A stretch of DNA of 64,000 nucleotides from assembly GCA_030612025.1 (NCBI GenBank), contig JAUWOR010000004.1, forward strand, positions 76,358 through 140,357, written 5' to 3'. This DNA comes from Dehalococcoidia bacterium. GTDB lineage: Bacteria > Chloroflexota > Dehalococcoidia > GIF9 > AB-539-J10. Numbering within the stretch: position 1 is the stretch's first letter; the number at the start of each line of letters is the position of its first letter. The notes beneath the pieces are model-generated. The model was given only the letters and a program-made list of their open reading frames with translations. It did no database searches and was not told the DNA's origin. The position numbers were made by a program, and so were the translations under genes. Of the stretch, positions 8,332 through 18,506 are shown piece by piece.

Positions 8332-9487
8332 TCCAATTTAATAGGCGGTTTACTCCTTCCTCTAAACGGTCATCAGCCAGAGTTAGAGAGAATCTAATGT
8401 AACCCTCTCCCTCCTTTCCATAGCCAATGCCAGGAGTGACAGCTATGCCAGCTTCATCAAGCAACTTTTTAGTGAAATCTATCGAAGTATAGCCCTGAGG
8501 AACCTTAGCCCAAATATAGAAAGTGGCTTTGGGTATCCTGGCTTTTAAGCCTATTTTAGCCAGGACTTTTATCAGTTTATCTCGGCGCCGCTGCAAAATG
8601 GCATTATGCTCAGCGATATGGTTCTGAGAGCCACGCAGGGCTTCGATAGCAGCCTGCTGAATTGCTTGAGGGATGCCCGAATCCAGATTGGATTTAACTC
8701 GCAATAAGGCATCTATCATCTCAGCATTGCCTACCACCATGCCTATTCGCCACCCTGTCATGTGATAAGTTTTGGACAAGGAGTGAAATTCTACGCCAAC
8801 TTCCTTAGCTCCTGATGCTTGCATAAAGCTTGGTGGCTTGTAGCCATCAAAGAAAACTTCGGTGTAAGGAGCATCGTGGCAGACAGCTAGATTATTGTGC
8901 TGGCGAGCAAAATGAACTGCCTTTTCGAAGAAATCAATGTCTGCTGTAGCCCCAGTGGGATTGTTGGGATAGTTTAACCACATGAGCTTTGCTTTGCCGG
9001 CTATCGGCTCAGGGATGGCTTCGAAGTCAGGCAAGAAGTCATTCACCTCTTTCAAGGGCATAAAATAAGGCTCGCCACCAGCCAGTATAGTGCCCATAGA
9101 AAACGGTGGATACCCTGGGTCGGGTACTAAAGCTATATCACCAACCTCAATAAAGCACAACGCCATATGCCCAATTCCTTCCTTGGAGCCAATGAGCGGC
9201 AGCACTTCTTTATCTGGATTTAGAATAACCCCGAATCGCCTCCCGTACCATTCGGCAATAGCCTGTCGGAGTGCAGGCAAGCCGCTAGTCTCGGGATACC
9301 GATGATTAGCCTGGTTGTGTGCTGCCTGGCACATGCATTCAATAATGTGAGCCGGCGTGGGCAAATCAGGGTCACCGAGGGCGAAGCTGATGATGTCCTC
9401 TCCCCTAGCTCGAAGTTCAGCGATTTTCTGATTTATGTCGACAAAAAGATAAGGGGGTAACTTATTAAGTCGTTTGGCTAATTCCAT
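8321..9487 (-). CDS. dapL: LL-diaminopimelate aminotransferase
   Basis: NYPNNPTG, SLSKTYHMTGWRIG; adjacent to dapF. Confidence 0.88.
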   Translation of the reverse strand: MELAKRLNKLPPYLFVDINQKIAELRARGEDIISFALGDPDLPTPAHIIECMCQAAHNQANHRYPETSGLPALRQAIAEWYGRRFGVILNPDKEVLPLIGSKEGIGHMALCFIEVGDIALVPDPGYPPFSMGTILAGGEPYFMPLKEVNDFLPDFEAIPEPIAGKAKLMWLNYPNNPTGATADIDFFEKAVHFARQHNNLAVCHDAPYTEVFFDGYKPPSFMQASGAKEVGVEFHSLSKTYHMTGWRIGMVVGNAEMIDALLRVKSNLDSGIPQAIQQAAIEALRGSQNHIAEHNAILQRRRDKLIKVLAKIGLKARIPKATFYIWAKVPQGYTSIDFTKKLLDEAGIAVTPGIGYGKEGEGYIRFSLTLADDRLEEGVNRLLNWKAV

Positions 9488-9490
9488 TGG

Positions 9491-10378
9491 CTATTCTCCT
9501 TTAGTTAGATACTCCCCGGTGAAAACTTCTTCCACCGGGCCGGTGAGCAATACCTCCCCTACCCTATCCCACGATATAGTCAAGGTCCCACCTGGAAGTA
9601 TTATGTCAACTATATCGTCCACGTAATTATGTAGCTGGGCAGCTACAGCTATGGCACAGGCACCACTACCACAAGCAAGAGTCTCTCCCACACCTCGCTC
9701 CCATACTCTAGCTTCTATCTCCCCCCTACTCAAAACCCTAGCTATCTCAAAGTTTGTCCTTTGTGGAAACAGGGGATGTCTTTCCACCCTGGACCCCACC
9801 TCGGCTAAGGGAAAACTAGCTACTGGCTCAGATACAAAGCTCACCGCATGGGGATTGCCCATAGATAAGAGGGATACTGATAGCTGATAGCTGTTAGCTA
9901 TCAGCTGATAGGTGATTACTGGAGACTGCTTCGCTTCGCTCGCAACGGCATCTGTGGTGAGGGTGACGGGAATTTGTTCTGGTTGGAACTGGGGCGTGCC
10001 CATGCTTACCTCGACGCGGCTCACTTTATTTCTCAACATGTACGCTTTAGCCTGTCTCATGCCCGATAAAGTTTCTATCCTTAAATTTGTTGTACTAACT
10101 ATGCCCTTTTCAATAGCATACTTGGCAAGACACCTTAATCCGTTGCCACAGGTCTCAGCCTCGGAACCATCTGAATTAAAGATGCGCATCTTTAATTCGC
10201 AATAGCTAGAATTCTGCACTAATATCAAGCCATCAGCCCCTACGCCAAAGTGACGGTCACACATAATTTGAGCTAACTGACAGGGGGCGAAAAGTTCAAG
10301 GTCAGGATGACAAAATGGGGCTCTGGCATCTACCAGAATAAAATCGTTTCCTGTAGCCTGGAATTTGGAGAATTTCAT
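9491..10378 (-). CDS. dapF: Diaminopimelate epimerase
   Basis: GNDF, CGNG, GNPH, ERGVGETLACGSG. Confidence 0.95.
   Translation of the reverse strand: MKFSKFQATGNDFILVDARAPFCHPDLELFAPCQLAQIMCDRHFGVGADGLILVQNSSYCELKMRIFNSDGSEAETCGNGLRCLAKYAIEKGIVSTTNLRIETLSGMRQAKAYMLRNKVSRVEVSMGTPQFQPEQIPVTLTTDAVASEAKQSPVITYQLIANSYQLSVSLLSMGNPHAVSFVSEPVASFPLAEVGSRVERHPLFPQRTNFEIARVLSRGEIEARVWERGVGETLACGSGACAIAVAAQLHNYVDDIVDIILPGGTLTISWDRVGEVLLTGPVEEVFTGEYLTKGE
9877..9950. repeat. In-frame insertions in dapF: heptamer array (ctgatag)n plus a family B half-element
   Basis: 9877-9911 ctgatag ctgatag ctgttag ctatcag ctgatag; 9922-9950 reverse complement tgccgttgcgagcgaagcgaagcagtctc (AVASEAKQS). Confidence 0.8.
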
Positions 10379-11319
10379 GCCATAAAGCCTCTTATTAGAT
10401 TCTTCGCTTCGCTCAGAATGACAGGGAGCGAAGGGCTCAGAATGATAGACGACGGGCTGACATCAAACCAGCAAATTCTTTCGTCGTCCAGATGAAACCA
10501 AGCATATTGATGACGAGCAAAGCGATGGGTTTCATACTTTATCTGTTCAATAGCTGCCGGCAAAGTCAACTGGCCTTGAAGAAACTGGCCCACTTGCTTA
10601 TAACCTACACCCGACATAGCAGACAAGGAAAAGCTATAACCCATTTTTACTAGCTCCTCTATCTCCGCAACTAATCCCTCTTGTATCATTTTATCAACAC
10701 GCTGATCAATCCTATTATACAACTTGCTTCTTTCTACGGTTAAACCGATGATGCGGATAGGAAAACCTGGCGCCTCCTTGCGCCATAACTGAGAGGGAAG
10801 CTGCCCTGTCATGTGGTAAATCTCTAAAGCCCTGATGATACGGCGGATATTGCCAGGATGGATTTTGGTTGCGGCGAGAGGGTCGATCTGCTGAAGTTCT
10901 TTATAAAGCACATAGCCACCTTCTCGCTTCGCTCTGGCTTCCAAATCACATCTTAGTTTAGGGTTAGGTGGCACCTGGGGTATTTTCCATCCTTCTAATA
11001 TTGACCACAGATAAAGGCCACTGCCACCTACCAATAACGGCAGTTTGCCTTTTTGCTGGATAGCCTTGATTGCCTCGGTAGCCAGTTGATGATACATAGC
11101 TAGGTTAAAATCTTCATCAGGGTTAACTATATCAATAAGGTGATGAGGGACTGATGCTCTTTCAGCTAAAGTGGGTTTATTGGTGCCGATATCCATATAG
11201 CGGTAAACCTGTCGGCTATCAGCGCTTACTATCTCTACCGGGAAATCTCGAGCTAAGTGTAGAGCAAGCTCACTTTTGCCTACTGCTGTGGGACCAACGA
11301 TGGCAACAAGGCATTCCAT
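10375..11319 (-). CDS. miaA: tRNA dimethylallyltransferase
   Basis: GPTAVGKS, SADSRQVY, VGGSGLY. Confidence 0.95.
   Translation of the reverse strand: MECLVAIVGPTAVGKSELALHLARDFPVEIVSADSRQVYRYMDIGTNKPTLAERASVPHHLIDIVNPDEDFNLAMYHQLATEAIKAIQQKGKLPLLVGGSGLYLWSILEGWKIPQVPPNPKLRCDLEARAKREGGYVLYKELQQIDPLAATKIHPGNIRRIIRALEIYHMTGQLPSQLWRKEAPGFPIRIIGLTVERSKLYNRIDQRVDKMIQEGLVAEIEELVKMGYSFSLSAMSGVGYKQVGQFLQGQLTLPAAIEQIKYETHRFARHQYAWFHLDDERICWFDVSPSSIILSPSLPVILSEAKNLIRGFMA
10397..10447. repeat. Family B palindromic repeat inside the 3' end of miaA
   Basis: agattcttcgcttcgctcagaatgacagggagcgaagggctcagaatga, read as ILSPSLPVILSEAKNL. Confidence 0.85.
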
Positions 11320-11322
11320 TTC

Positions 11323-11376
11323 CAGCTACCAGCTATCAGCTATCAGCTTAATGCTGACCGCTGACTGCTGAATGCT
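11323..11376. repeat. Inverted heptamer tandem repeats at the tpiA stop
   Basis: cagctac cagctat cagctat cagc...gctgacc gctgact gctgaat. Confidence 0.75.
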
Positions 11377-12131
11377 CCCTTGATTGCTGCCGTTTGCTCA
11401 ATAATGCTCAAGAATTCCTCGGCCTTGAGGCTACTTCCACCAACTAAAGCGCCATCAATCTCCAATTGGGATATAAACTCAGCGATGTTGTCACTAGTAA
11501 CGCTGCCGCCATAGAGGATACGTAAATCTTGAGCCACATCCTTGCCCCACAGCTTAGCTATAATATTGCGGATGAACTTGATGGTAGCTGCTGCTTGTTC
11601 GCTGCTAGCTGCCTTGTCGGTGCCAATGGCCCATACTGGCTCGTAAGCAATCACCAAATCGCGGGCTGGTTTTATATTGTTTAAACCTTGACTAACCTGC
11701 TTACTAATCACTTCCTCTGTCCTGCCGGCTTCGTTTTCCTCAAATCTTTCTCCAACACATAAAATGGGCTTAAGCTTGTTTGCCAGAGCTATTCTTATCT
11801 TCTTATTAACTATCTCGTCAGTTTCACTGAAATACCACCGTCGCTCAGAATGTCCCAGAATAACAAATTCACATAACTCTGTGAGCATTGCCGGTGAAAT
11901 CTCACCGGTATAAGCTCCTTTGGCTTCAAAATGCATGTTCTGCGCACCGAGTTTAACAGAAGAACCTTTTATTAGTCCCCTTATCATAGTCAGAGAAGTA
12001 AATGGTGGGCAGATTACCTTCTCTACCCCCTCTATTCTGTCCAGGCTATCTAGCATGTCATGGGTGAGCTTTTCAGCTTCATCCAGTGTGGTATTCATTT
12101 TCCAGTTGCCAGCGATAAGGGGAATGCGCAT
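11343..12131 (-). CDS. tpiA: Triosephosphate isomerase
   Basis: AGNWKMN, GHSERR, YEPVWAIG, LVGG. Confidence 0.96.
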   Translation of the reverse strand: MRIPLIAGNWKMNTTLDEAEKLTHDMLDSLDRIEGVEKVICPPFTSLTMIRGLIKGSSVKLGAQNMHFEAKGAYTGEISPAMLTELCEFVILGHSERRWYFSETDEIVNKKIRIALANKLKPILCVGERFEENEAGRTEEVISKQVSQGLNNIKPARDLVIAYEPVWAIGTDKAASSEQAAATIKFIRNIIAKLWGKDVAQDLRILYGGSVTSDNIAEFISQLEIDGALVGGSSLKAEEFLSIIEQTAAIKGAFSSQRSALS

Positions 12132-12140
12132 TAGCTAACT

Positions 12141-12225
12141 CAAATCCTAAACTCTAATTTCTAAGCTCTAAACAAATTCAAAATCCAAATTCCTAATTTT
12201 TTAGGATTTAGATATTAGTATTTAG
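12141..12225. repeat. AT-rich heptamer-like inverted repeat (family D)
   Basis: caaatcctaaactctaatttctaagctctaaacaaattc...ttaggatttagatattag; similar to 46731-46925. Confidence 0.65.
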
Positions 12226-13424
12226 TGCTTCTTTTTAATCTTATCTGGCAAGATTTCCACTCCAGGCAAAGTAGCGCCTTCTAAGAATCTTAAGCTGGCA
12301 CCGCCTCCAGTGGAGACATGGGTCATTTTATTAGCCAGTCCCATTTCCTGGACTATCTCAGCACTAGAGCCGCCACCGATAATGGCAGTAGCGTTGACAG
12401 TAGAAAGAAGCTTGGCTAATGACCTGGTCCCTTGAGCAAACTGAGGTATCTCGTAAATTCCCATGGGTCCATTCCACATAATGGTGTGGCACTTCCTTAG
12501 CTCGTTGGAGAAAAGCTCGATGGTCTGAGGTCCGATATCCACAATGTAGCTATCAGGCGATATATCGCTTATGGACACCACTTTAGTTTTTGCCTCAGCT
12601 TTAATCTCCTTGGCTACAACCACATCAACTGGCAGCAAGAATGGCACCTTCCATTCTTCGGCTTCCTTAAGCAACTCTTTAGCCAGGCTCAATTTATCCC
12701 TTTCCACTAAAGAGTGTCCCACTTCGTATCCCTGCGCCTTCAAGAAAGTAGCCACCATACCACCGCCAATAAGCAAGATATCGAGCTTCTTTAGCATATT
12801 TTGCATCAGGCCTATTTTGTCGCTTACCTTAGCACCACCTATCACGCAGGCGAAAGGATGCACTGGAGCACTCAGAAGGTTACCCATAGCTTCTAATTCT
12901 GTTTCCATAAGGAAGCCGGCCACCGCTGGCAAGTATTTGGCTACACCCACAGTAGAGGCATGAGCTCTGTGTGCCGTGCCAAAAGCATCGTTAACGTAAA
13001 TGTCAGCTAAACGGGCTAATTCTTGGGCAAAATGAGGGTCGTTTGCCTCTTCCTCGGGGTGAAAGCGCACATTTTCCAGAAACAGAATATCGCCTTCTTT
13101 AAGTACTTTTACCTTATTTTCTACCTCTCGGCCCACGCAATCAGGTACTATGCCGACAGGTAAACCTATAAGCTGTGACAAGCGCTGTGCTACTGGTGTC
13201 ATTCGTAATTCCTCAACTACTCTGCCTTTGGGACGTCCCAGATGAGAGCAAAGAATTACCTTGGCTTTATGCGCAACAAGATAATTAATGGTAGGCAATG
13301 AGGCTCGGATGCGGCTATCATCACTAATGGCGCCGGTATTTACATCCAACGGAACGTTGAAATCAACTCTAACCAGCACCCTTTTCCCTTCAACATCTAT
13401 ATCCTTGACAGTCTTTCTCTGCAT
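12222..13424 (-). CDS. pgk: Phosphoglycerate kinase
   Basis: [29 protein letters not shown]. Confidence 0.97.
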   Translation of the reverse strand: MQRKTVKDIDVEGKRVLVRVDFNVPLDVNTGAISDDSRIRASLPTINYLVAHKAKVILCSHLGRPKGRVVEELRMTPVAQRLSQLIGLPVGIVPDCVGREVENKVKVLKEGDILFLENVRFHPEEEANDPHFAQELARLADIYVNDAFGTAHRAHASTVGVAKYLPAVAGFLMETELEAMGNLLSAPVHPFACVIGGAKVSDKIGLMQNMLKKLDILLIGGGMVATFLKAQGYEVGHSLVERDKLSLAKELLKEAEEWKVPFLLPVDVVVAKEIKAEAKTKVVSISDISPDSYIVDIGPQTIELFSNELRKCHTIMWNGPMGIYEIPQFAQGTRSLAKLLSTVNATAIIGGGSSAEIVQEMGLANKMTHVSTGGGASLRFLEGATLPGVEILPDKIKKKH

Positions 13425-13433
13425 TTTTCCCTC

Positions 13434-14474
13434 CTAGTAGTCGCACTCCATTAAAAAACGTGCTGCCGCGCTTAATGGAGCTCGCCTGGATGGATCAAGA
13501 CCAGTAGCTTCAAGCTTTGTCAAAGCTTGGTGATAATATTGTTGCTCCAAATCCTGGGCATAACCCCTGGCACCTGAACGATTGAGTATTTCTACCACTT
13601 CAGTTACATCCTCCTCTTCGACGGATTCCTGAGAGTAAAGTTTCACAAGCCTCTGCTTATCTTTGCCCCTGCTGTTTTCCAATCTGTAAACTACCGGCAA
13701 AGTTTTCTTCCTGTGTAAAATATCACCCTTTACAGACTTGCCAATTTTTTCCTCTGTTCCCCAAATGCCCAGTATGTCATCATGAATTTGATAAGCCACG
13801 CCCAAGTTTTTGCCAAACTCGTGGAAGTAGCTCACTATCCCCTCATCCTCTGTAACAAGGCATGCTCCGATAGAGGTTGATGCAGCCATTAATGCCGCTG
13901 TTTTCTTCGTTATCATTCTAAGGTAATCTTCAGTGGTAACATCGCCACGACCCTCATAGGCAATATCTAGATATTGGCCTTCACAAAGCTCCAGGCAAGC
14001 TTCGCCCAGCACTCGGATTGCTCGCATAACTTTTGTCCCGGCTATCCCATTCCCCCGCAGTTTAAGCAAAGCTAAATAAGCTAAGGCAAACATGGAATCG
14101 CCAGCATTTATAGCTTGCGGCTGTCCCCATAATTTCCATACAGTTGGGCGATGGTGGCGCTCACAGCTAGCGTCTTCAATATCATCGTGGATTAAAGAGA
14201 AGTTATGAATGAACTCTAAGGATGCCGCGGCAGGCAATATCTGTGACGTATTTCCACCTACCGCTTGACAGCTAAGAAGACAAAGAACAGGGCGAGTAAA
14301 TTTACCAGACTTCTTACCACAGGGATGACCATGTGTATCCTGCCAACCCAGATGGTATCGCAACATATCATAAAGGGCTGAAGGTTTACTACCAATAATT
14401 CTCTTTAACTCAGCCTCTACTTCTCTTCGGTAGGAGGTGTAACTTTCAGGCAAGATTTCATCTGTGCTTATCAA
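13434..14474 (-). CDS. Polyprenyl diphosphate synthase
   Basis: LIHDDIED and YQIHDDI aspartate-rich motifs, GQYLD, KT; TTG start inferred from RBS. Confidence 0.9.
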   Translation of the reverse strand: MISTDEILPESYTSYRREVEAELKRIIGSKPSALYDMLRYHLGWQDTHGHPCGKKSGKFTRPVLCLLSCQAVGGNTSQILPAAASLEFIHNFSLIHDDIEDASCERHHRPTVWKLWGQPQAINAGDSMFALAYLALLKLRGNGIAGTKVMRAIRVLGEACLELCEGQYLDIAYEGRGDVTTEDYLRMITKKTAALMAASTSIGACLVTEDEGIVSYFHEFGKNLGVAYQIHDDILGIWGTEEKIGKSVKGDILHRKKTLPVVYRLENSRGKDKQRLVKLYSQESVEEEDVTEVVEILNRSGARGYAQDLEQQYYHQALTKLEATGLDPSRRAPLSAAARFLMECDY

Positions 14475-14525
14475 AACCACCTTTATATTAATGGCCAAAG
14501 GGGCAAATTGTCAATAAAGCTAATT

Positions 14526-14702
14526 TAGAGCCTGTCTGTTTTGTCACCCTGAGCCGAAGCTCCGAGCGAAGTGAGGAGGCGGTGAAGGGTCTAGATTCTT
14601 CGCGGAGTTTATCCTGAGCGAGATTCTTCGGTCGCTTCTCTCCCTCAGAATGACAGGAAGCGAAGGGCGTAGAATGACAATTTGGAGTTGCTAGACACTC
14701 TA
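14526..14702. repeat. Composite family B palindromic element (intergenic)
   Basis: tgtcaccctgagc...agattcttcgcggagtttatcctgagcgagattcttcggtcgc...ccctcagaatgaca, with imperfect terminal inverted repeats. Confidence 0.8.
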
Positions 14703-14714
14703 CTAGTTAAAGCC

Positions 14715-14769
14715 TTGAAAAAGTCTCCTTATTGTAATATAATTAGCACTCTGAATGTTAGAGTGCTAA
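14715..14769 (+). promoter_or_regulatory. sigmaA promoter with CIRCE operator (HrcA site)
   Basis: TTGAAA-N17-TATAAT (14715-14743) and a perfect TTAGCACTC-N9-GAGTGCTAA (14743-14769). Confidence 0.93.
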
Positions 14770-14786
14770 TTATTGGAGGTAATTAG

Positions 14787-15011
14787 ATGAATTGTGCTGT
14801 TTGCGGGAGTCCACTGCTTTTCGACAGGGTCGTTTTCCACTGTTCCTGTGGAGTTTTTGTGCATGCCTATTGCTGGGATAAGCATGTGTTGCAAGCTCAT
14901 AGGCCGGCTTTCGAGGTAGGCACCGTTGATTTGAACAGTGAGTTTAAAGTAAAAGAGAGCAAGGTAGAGGAGGAAGCCTCAGATAAACAGGTAACACCGT
15001 CTATAGAATGA
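14787..15011 (+). CDS. Small Cys/His Zn-finger protein, unknown function
   Basis: CAVC...HCSC...HAYC..KH...H; GGAGGT RBS. Confidence 0.75.
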   Translation: MNCAVCGSPLLFDRVVFHCSCGVFVHAYCWDKHVLQAHRPAFEVGTVDLNSEFKVKESKVEEEASDKQVTPSIE

Positions 15012-15024
15012 AAGAGGAATAAAA

Positions 15025-15270
15025 ATGCCTACTTATCGATACCAGTGTGAGAACTGCAACCGGCGATTTGAGCTCAGGCAAGGATTTAATGATAAACCAA
15101 TAGTTGTTTGCCCTGTATGCCGTGGAGTTGCCCATCGCCTTTTTTCTCCCGTGCCTATCTTGTTTAAGGGGCCAGGGTTTTATGTTACGGATTCCAGGGA
15201 AGAGAGCAAAGAAAGGCTTGATACCAAGGGGCCGAAGAAAAGGGAGATGGATGGGGGTAGAAAGTCATGA
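15025..15270 (+). CDS. FmdB-family zinc-ribbon protein
   Basis: MPTYRYQCENC...CPVC...FKGPGFYVTD. Confidence 0.9.
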   Translation: MPTYRYQCENCNRRFELRQGFNDKPIVVCPVCRGVAHRLFSPVPILFKGPGFYVTDSREESKERLDTKGPKKREMDGGRKS

Positions 15271-15371
15271 AATGCCCTGTTTGTGGCAGGGAAGCCAGAA
15301 CCCACATCTTCCACTGTGCTAAATGTGGTGTTTATGTGCATGAAAAGTGCTGGCGAAAACATATTGCCTAA
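15267..15371 (+). CDS. 34-aa Zn-finger microprotein paralogous to 14787-15011 (possibly with a premature stop)
   Basis: Not in the ORF track. MKCPVCGREARTHIFHCAKCGVYVHEKCWRKHIA*; ATGA-coupled to fmdB; similarity continues AHKK* to 15386. Confidence 0.65.
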   Translation: MKCPVCGREARTHIFHCAKCGVYVHEKCWRKHIA

Positions 15372-15574
15372 GCTCACAAAAAATAGCTTGTGTTTTTGCT
15401 CCATGCCTGTCAAATCATTTGAGACGGTAACCCAAGTTTAGGTTGTGGCATCATAATTCGGATTCAGCTCCTTCCACACAAAGGAGATTTCCTCCCTTGT
15501 CTCCCTTTCAAGGCGAGCCTGGTTTGAGACCGCTCTTTGACCTCAAAAGGTGTAACGCCTCCGTCAGGTAACAT

Positions 15575-15723
15575 GGCTGTTTGATTTTGCCTCAGACTCA
15601 AAATCAGGCTCAAACTAGATTTGCCTCATTCGGTTTTCATGGTCTTCACCTCAAAGATTTTGTAGTGCGACCCTTTAGGGTTGTGCACGAGGCTAAAGCC
15701 TCGCACTACATTTCCAAACAGCC
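15575..15723. mobile_element. Family A MITE/REPIN-like element (variant core)
   Basis: ggctgtttg...tgtagtgcgaccctttagggttgtgcacgaggctaaagcctcgcactaca...caaacagcc. Confidence 0.7.
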
Positions 15724-15949
15724 TCGGTAACAATAATTTTGAGGCAATTTGACTTATTGACTAGTTAAAAGGTACCATTTTATAATAGAGTATAGAGAGT
15801 CCGCTACTTATAGTGGACGAATTGAGCATAGCCGAAGGCGATACTGGAGACTGGTAGCAATGTCGGAAGGAGGTGGTGCTATGTAGAAAGAATGTATGCT
15901 GGGGAAGGGTGAGGAGCGCATTAACTTTTAAGAAAGGAGGTAATTAAAA

Positions 15950-17239
15950 GTGGCGGAAAGACGTAGAGGTGGTTATTTTGGTTTTCCCCTGATATATAAG
16001 ATAGCGATAGGACTGGGTGTGGGGATTGTTGTGGGGATTATTGCTGGACCTGCCATAGCGCCAGTAAAACCACTGGGAGATTTCTTTGTGACATTGCTTA
16101 AAATGTGTATCATGCCAATAGTCCTCTTTTCCCTTGTGGTGGGTGCAGCAAGTATATCGCCGGCACGCGGAGTGAGAATCGGCGTCAAGACGATAGTTTT
16201 TTACTTAGTAACTACATTTATTGCCGTCCTGATAGGTTTAGCTATAGCAAACCTATTCAAGCCAGGATTGGGATTGGCACTTGTTGGAGAAGAGGTAGTA
16301 AAGGAGGTAGCAGCACCGGCAATAAAAGATGTTTTGCTCGGGCTAATACCAAAGAATCCCTTCGCGGCTTTAGCGGAAGGAAAGGTATTGCCCACAATAG
16401 TATTCGCTATACTAGTGGGAACAGCGTTGTCTTACCTCAAAGAGATGAAAGTTCCCAGAATCAGCGAAGCTGCCGACACTGTATTAAGAGTTTGTGACGG
16501 ATTAGCTGAAGTGATGTATAAGTTGGTTCGCTGGATATTGGAGATTGCACCTTATGGTGTATTTGCCTTGATAGCGGTAGTTGTTGGTACGCAAGGGGCA
16601 AAGGTTTTGGGTCCCTTGGGCGTTGTCACTGGGGCAGTATATTTAGGCCTCATTATTCATTATTTAGTAGTCTACGGAGGAGCGTTAAGAATATGGGGCT
16701 TTAATCCGGCCAGATTTTGGCCCAGAGCTAGAGACGCCTCGCTTACAGCTTTTGTCACTAGAAGCAGCAGCGGAACTTTACCAGTTACAATGACCGTTGC
16801 CAGAGAAAAGCTGGGGATTGATAGAGGTATATACTCTTTCACGCTACCACTTGGTGCCACTATAAACATGGATGGGACCTGTCTGTATCAGGCTGTTTGT
16901 GCCATGTTCATCGCCAATGCGGTAGGAATGCCCTTGGCAATAGGGGCACAGATGCTAGTTATGATTACAGCGGTTTTAGCCTCTATAGGAACAGCCGGAG
17001 TCCCCGGGGCTGGTGCAATAATGCTGCTCCTGGTTCTTGAGTCAGTGGGGCTACCTGTTGAAGCAGGAACATCCGTGGCGCTAGCTTATGGTATGATTCT
17101 GGGCATTGACGCCATACTGGATATGGGCAGAACAAGCCTGAATGTTACTGGCGATCTGGCAGTGACTTCAATAATAGCGAAAACTGAGAACATGATTAAT
17201 TTAGACTTTTGGCGTGGAGGAGCAAAAGCTAAGGCATAA
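15950..17239 (+). CDS. Dicarboxylate/amino acid:cation symporter (GltPh-like aspartate transporter)
   Basis: [29 protein letters not shown] motifs. Confidence 0.92.
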   Translation: MAERRRGGYFGFPLIYKIAIGLGVGIVVGIIAGPAIAPVKPLGDFFVTLLKMCIMPIVLFSLVVGAASISPARGVRIGVKTIVFYLVTTFIAVLIGLAIANLFKPGLGLALVGEEVVKEVAAPAIKDVLLGLIPKNPFAALAEGKVLPTIVFAILVGTALSYLKEMKVPRISEAADTVLRVCDGLAEVMYKLVRWILEIAPYGVFALIAVVVGTQGAKVLGPLGVVTGAVYLGLIIHYLVVYGGALRIWGFNPARFWPRARDASLTAFVTRSSSGTLPVTMTVAREKLGIDRGIYSFTLPLGATINMDGTCLYQAVCAMFIANAVGMPLAIGAQMLVMITAVLASIGTAGVPGAGAIMLLLVLESVGLPVEAGTSVALAYGMILGIDAILDMGRTSLNVTGDLAVTSIIAKTENMINLDFWRGGAKAKA

Positions 17240-17242
17240 TAA

Positions 17243-18367
17243 TTGATACCTTTCAAGGTAGTCTGCTGTAATTGTGGAAAGGAGGCCCGCAGGGGTGAAT
17301 GGCGGTGGCGGGATGATTGTGGGGGTGTATTTGATATTGTCCTCGATTTCCAAGGAAGGGAATTTCCAGAATTAGTAGATGTAAAAGAGGAAAATATCAG
17401 GAGATATGCTCAATTTCTCCCTGTAGAAGGCCTCCCTTCCGTGCACCAAGGGTGGACTCCAATAGTCAAGAAAACTATAGCTGGAGTTGAGGTTAACTTC
17501 AAACTTGAGTACTTAAGCCTGGGAGGTTCTTTCAAGGACAGAGGGGCTTATGTTAGCACAGCAAAAGCTAAGGAACTGGGTGTAAAAGGGATAATTGTAG
17601 ATTCCTCGGGTAATGCAGGGATAAGTTTCACTCTCATGGGTCTCCTTTCCGGAATAAATGTTGACGTGTTTGTCCCCAAGCATGCCCCGGAAGGGAAAAA
17701 AAAATTGCTCAGACTTTTACAGGCCAATGTCCATGAAATTGATGGAGATAGGATGGATGTTAATCGGGAAGCGATAAAAGCTGAAAGAGAGGGCTTTGTT
17801 TATGTCGGACATTGGTGGAATCCCTATTTTATAGAAGGCGAGAAAACTATGGCTTACGAAGCTTATGAGCAGATAGGTAGTAGTGACTATGTAGTAGTTC
17901 CCGTTGGGAGCGGTACCATTTTACTTGGTTTGTATAAAGGGTATCAAGAATTAGTAGAACTCCAAGTTTTAAATAAGGTACCCGAAATTATCGCCGTCCA
18001 AGCTTGTGGCTACTCGAAGATATGCAGAGACCTCGGTGCTAAAGAAAGGTGTCTAACTAAATCGAAGCTTGCTGATGGTATAGCTATAGCTGATCCACCG
18101 AGGAGACGACAAATAGTGGAGGCAGTGAAAAGGACGAATGGGCATGCCATCATAGTTGAAGATGAGGAAATAAAAGAGTCCTTGGTAGAATTGAGGCGAC
18201 TTGGCTTTATTGTTGAACCTACCAGCGCAGTGCCTTATGTAGCCTTAAAGCAATCCATAAAAGAGGGTTTCATCAAACCTGGAAGCAAAGTTCTGTTGCC
18301 CTTAACAGGCTCTGGGCTGAAATTGGTGGATGAACTTATAGAAATAAAAGAATGTTTAAAAATGTAG
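17243..18367 (+). CDS. Threonine synthase-like PLP enzyme (fold type II)
   Basis: GSFKDRG, DSSGNAG, PVGSG, EPTSA, LTGSGLK. Confidence 0.85.
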   Translation: MIPFKVVCCNCGKEARRGEWRWRDDCGGVFDIVLDFQGREFPELVDVKEENIRRYAQFLPVEGLPSVHQGWTPIVKKTIAGVEVNFKLEYLSLGGSFKDRGAYVSTAKAKELGVKGIIVDSSGNAGISFTLMGLLSGINVDVFVPKHAPEGKKKLLRLLQANVHEIDGDRMDVNREAIKAEREGFVYVGHWWNPYFIEGEKTMAYEAYEQIGSSDYVVVPVGSGTILLGLYKGYQELVELQVLNKVPEIIAVQACGYSKICRDLGAKERCLTKSKLADGIAIADPPRRRQIVEAVKRTNGHAIIVEDEEIKESLVELRRLGFIVEPTSAVPYVALKQSIKEGFIKPGSKVLLPLTGSGLKLVDELIEIKECLKM

Positions 18368-18480
18368 TTGCCCAATTTATTGGGCGACTGTGCCTGATAA
18401 ATCAGGCAACTACAAAAATTTGGGGGTGAAACACCTCTGAGATGGCTGAAATTGAACGGGGAATCAAAATTAAACAGCCT
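18349..18480. mobile_element. Family A element (inverted relative to the copy at 8232)
   Basis: tgtagttgcccaatttattgggcg...gcctgataaatcaggcaactaca...aaattaaacagcct. Confidence 0.8.
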
Positions 18481-18506
18481 TAAAATAAGTTAGGGGGTGA
18501 GTTGAG

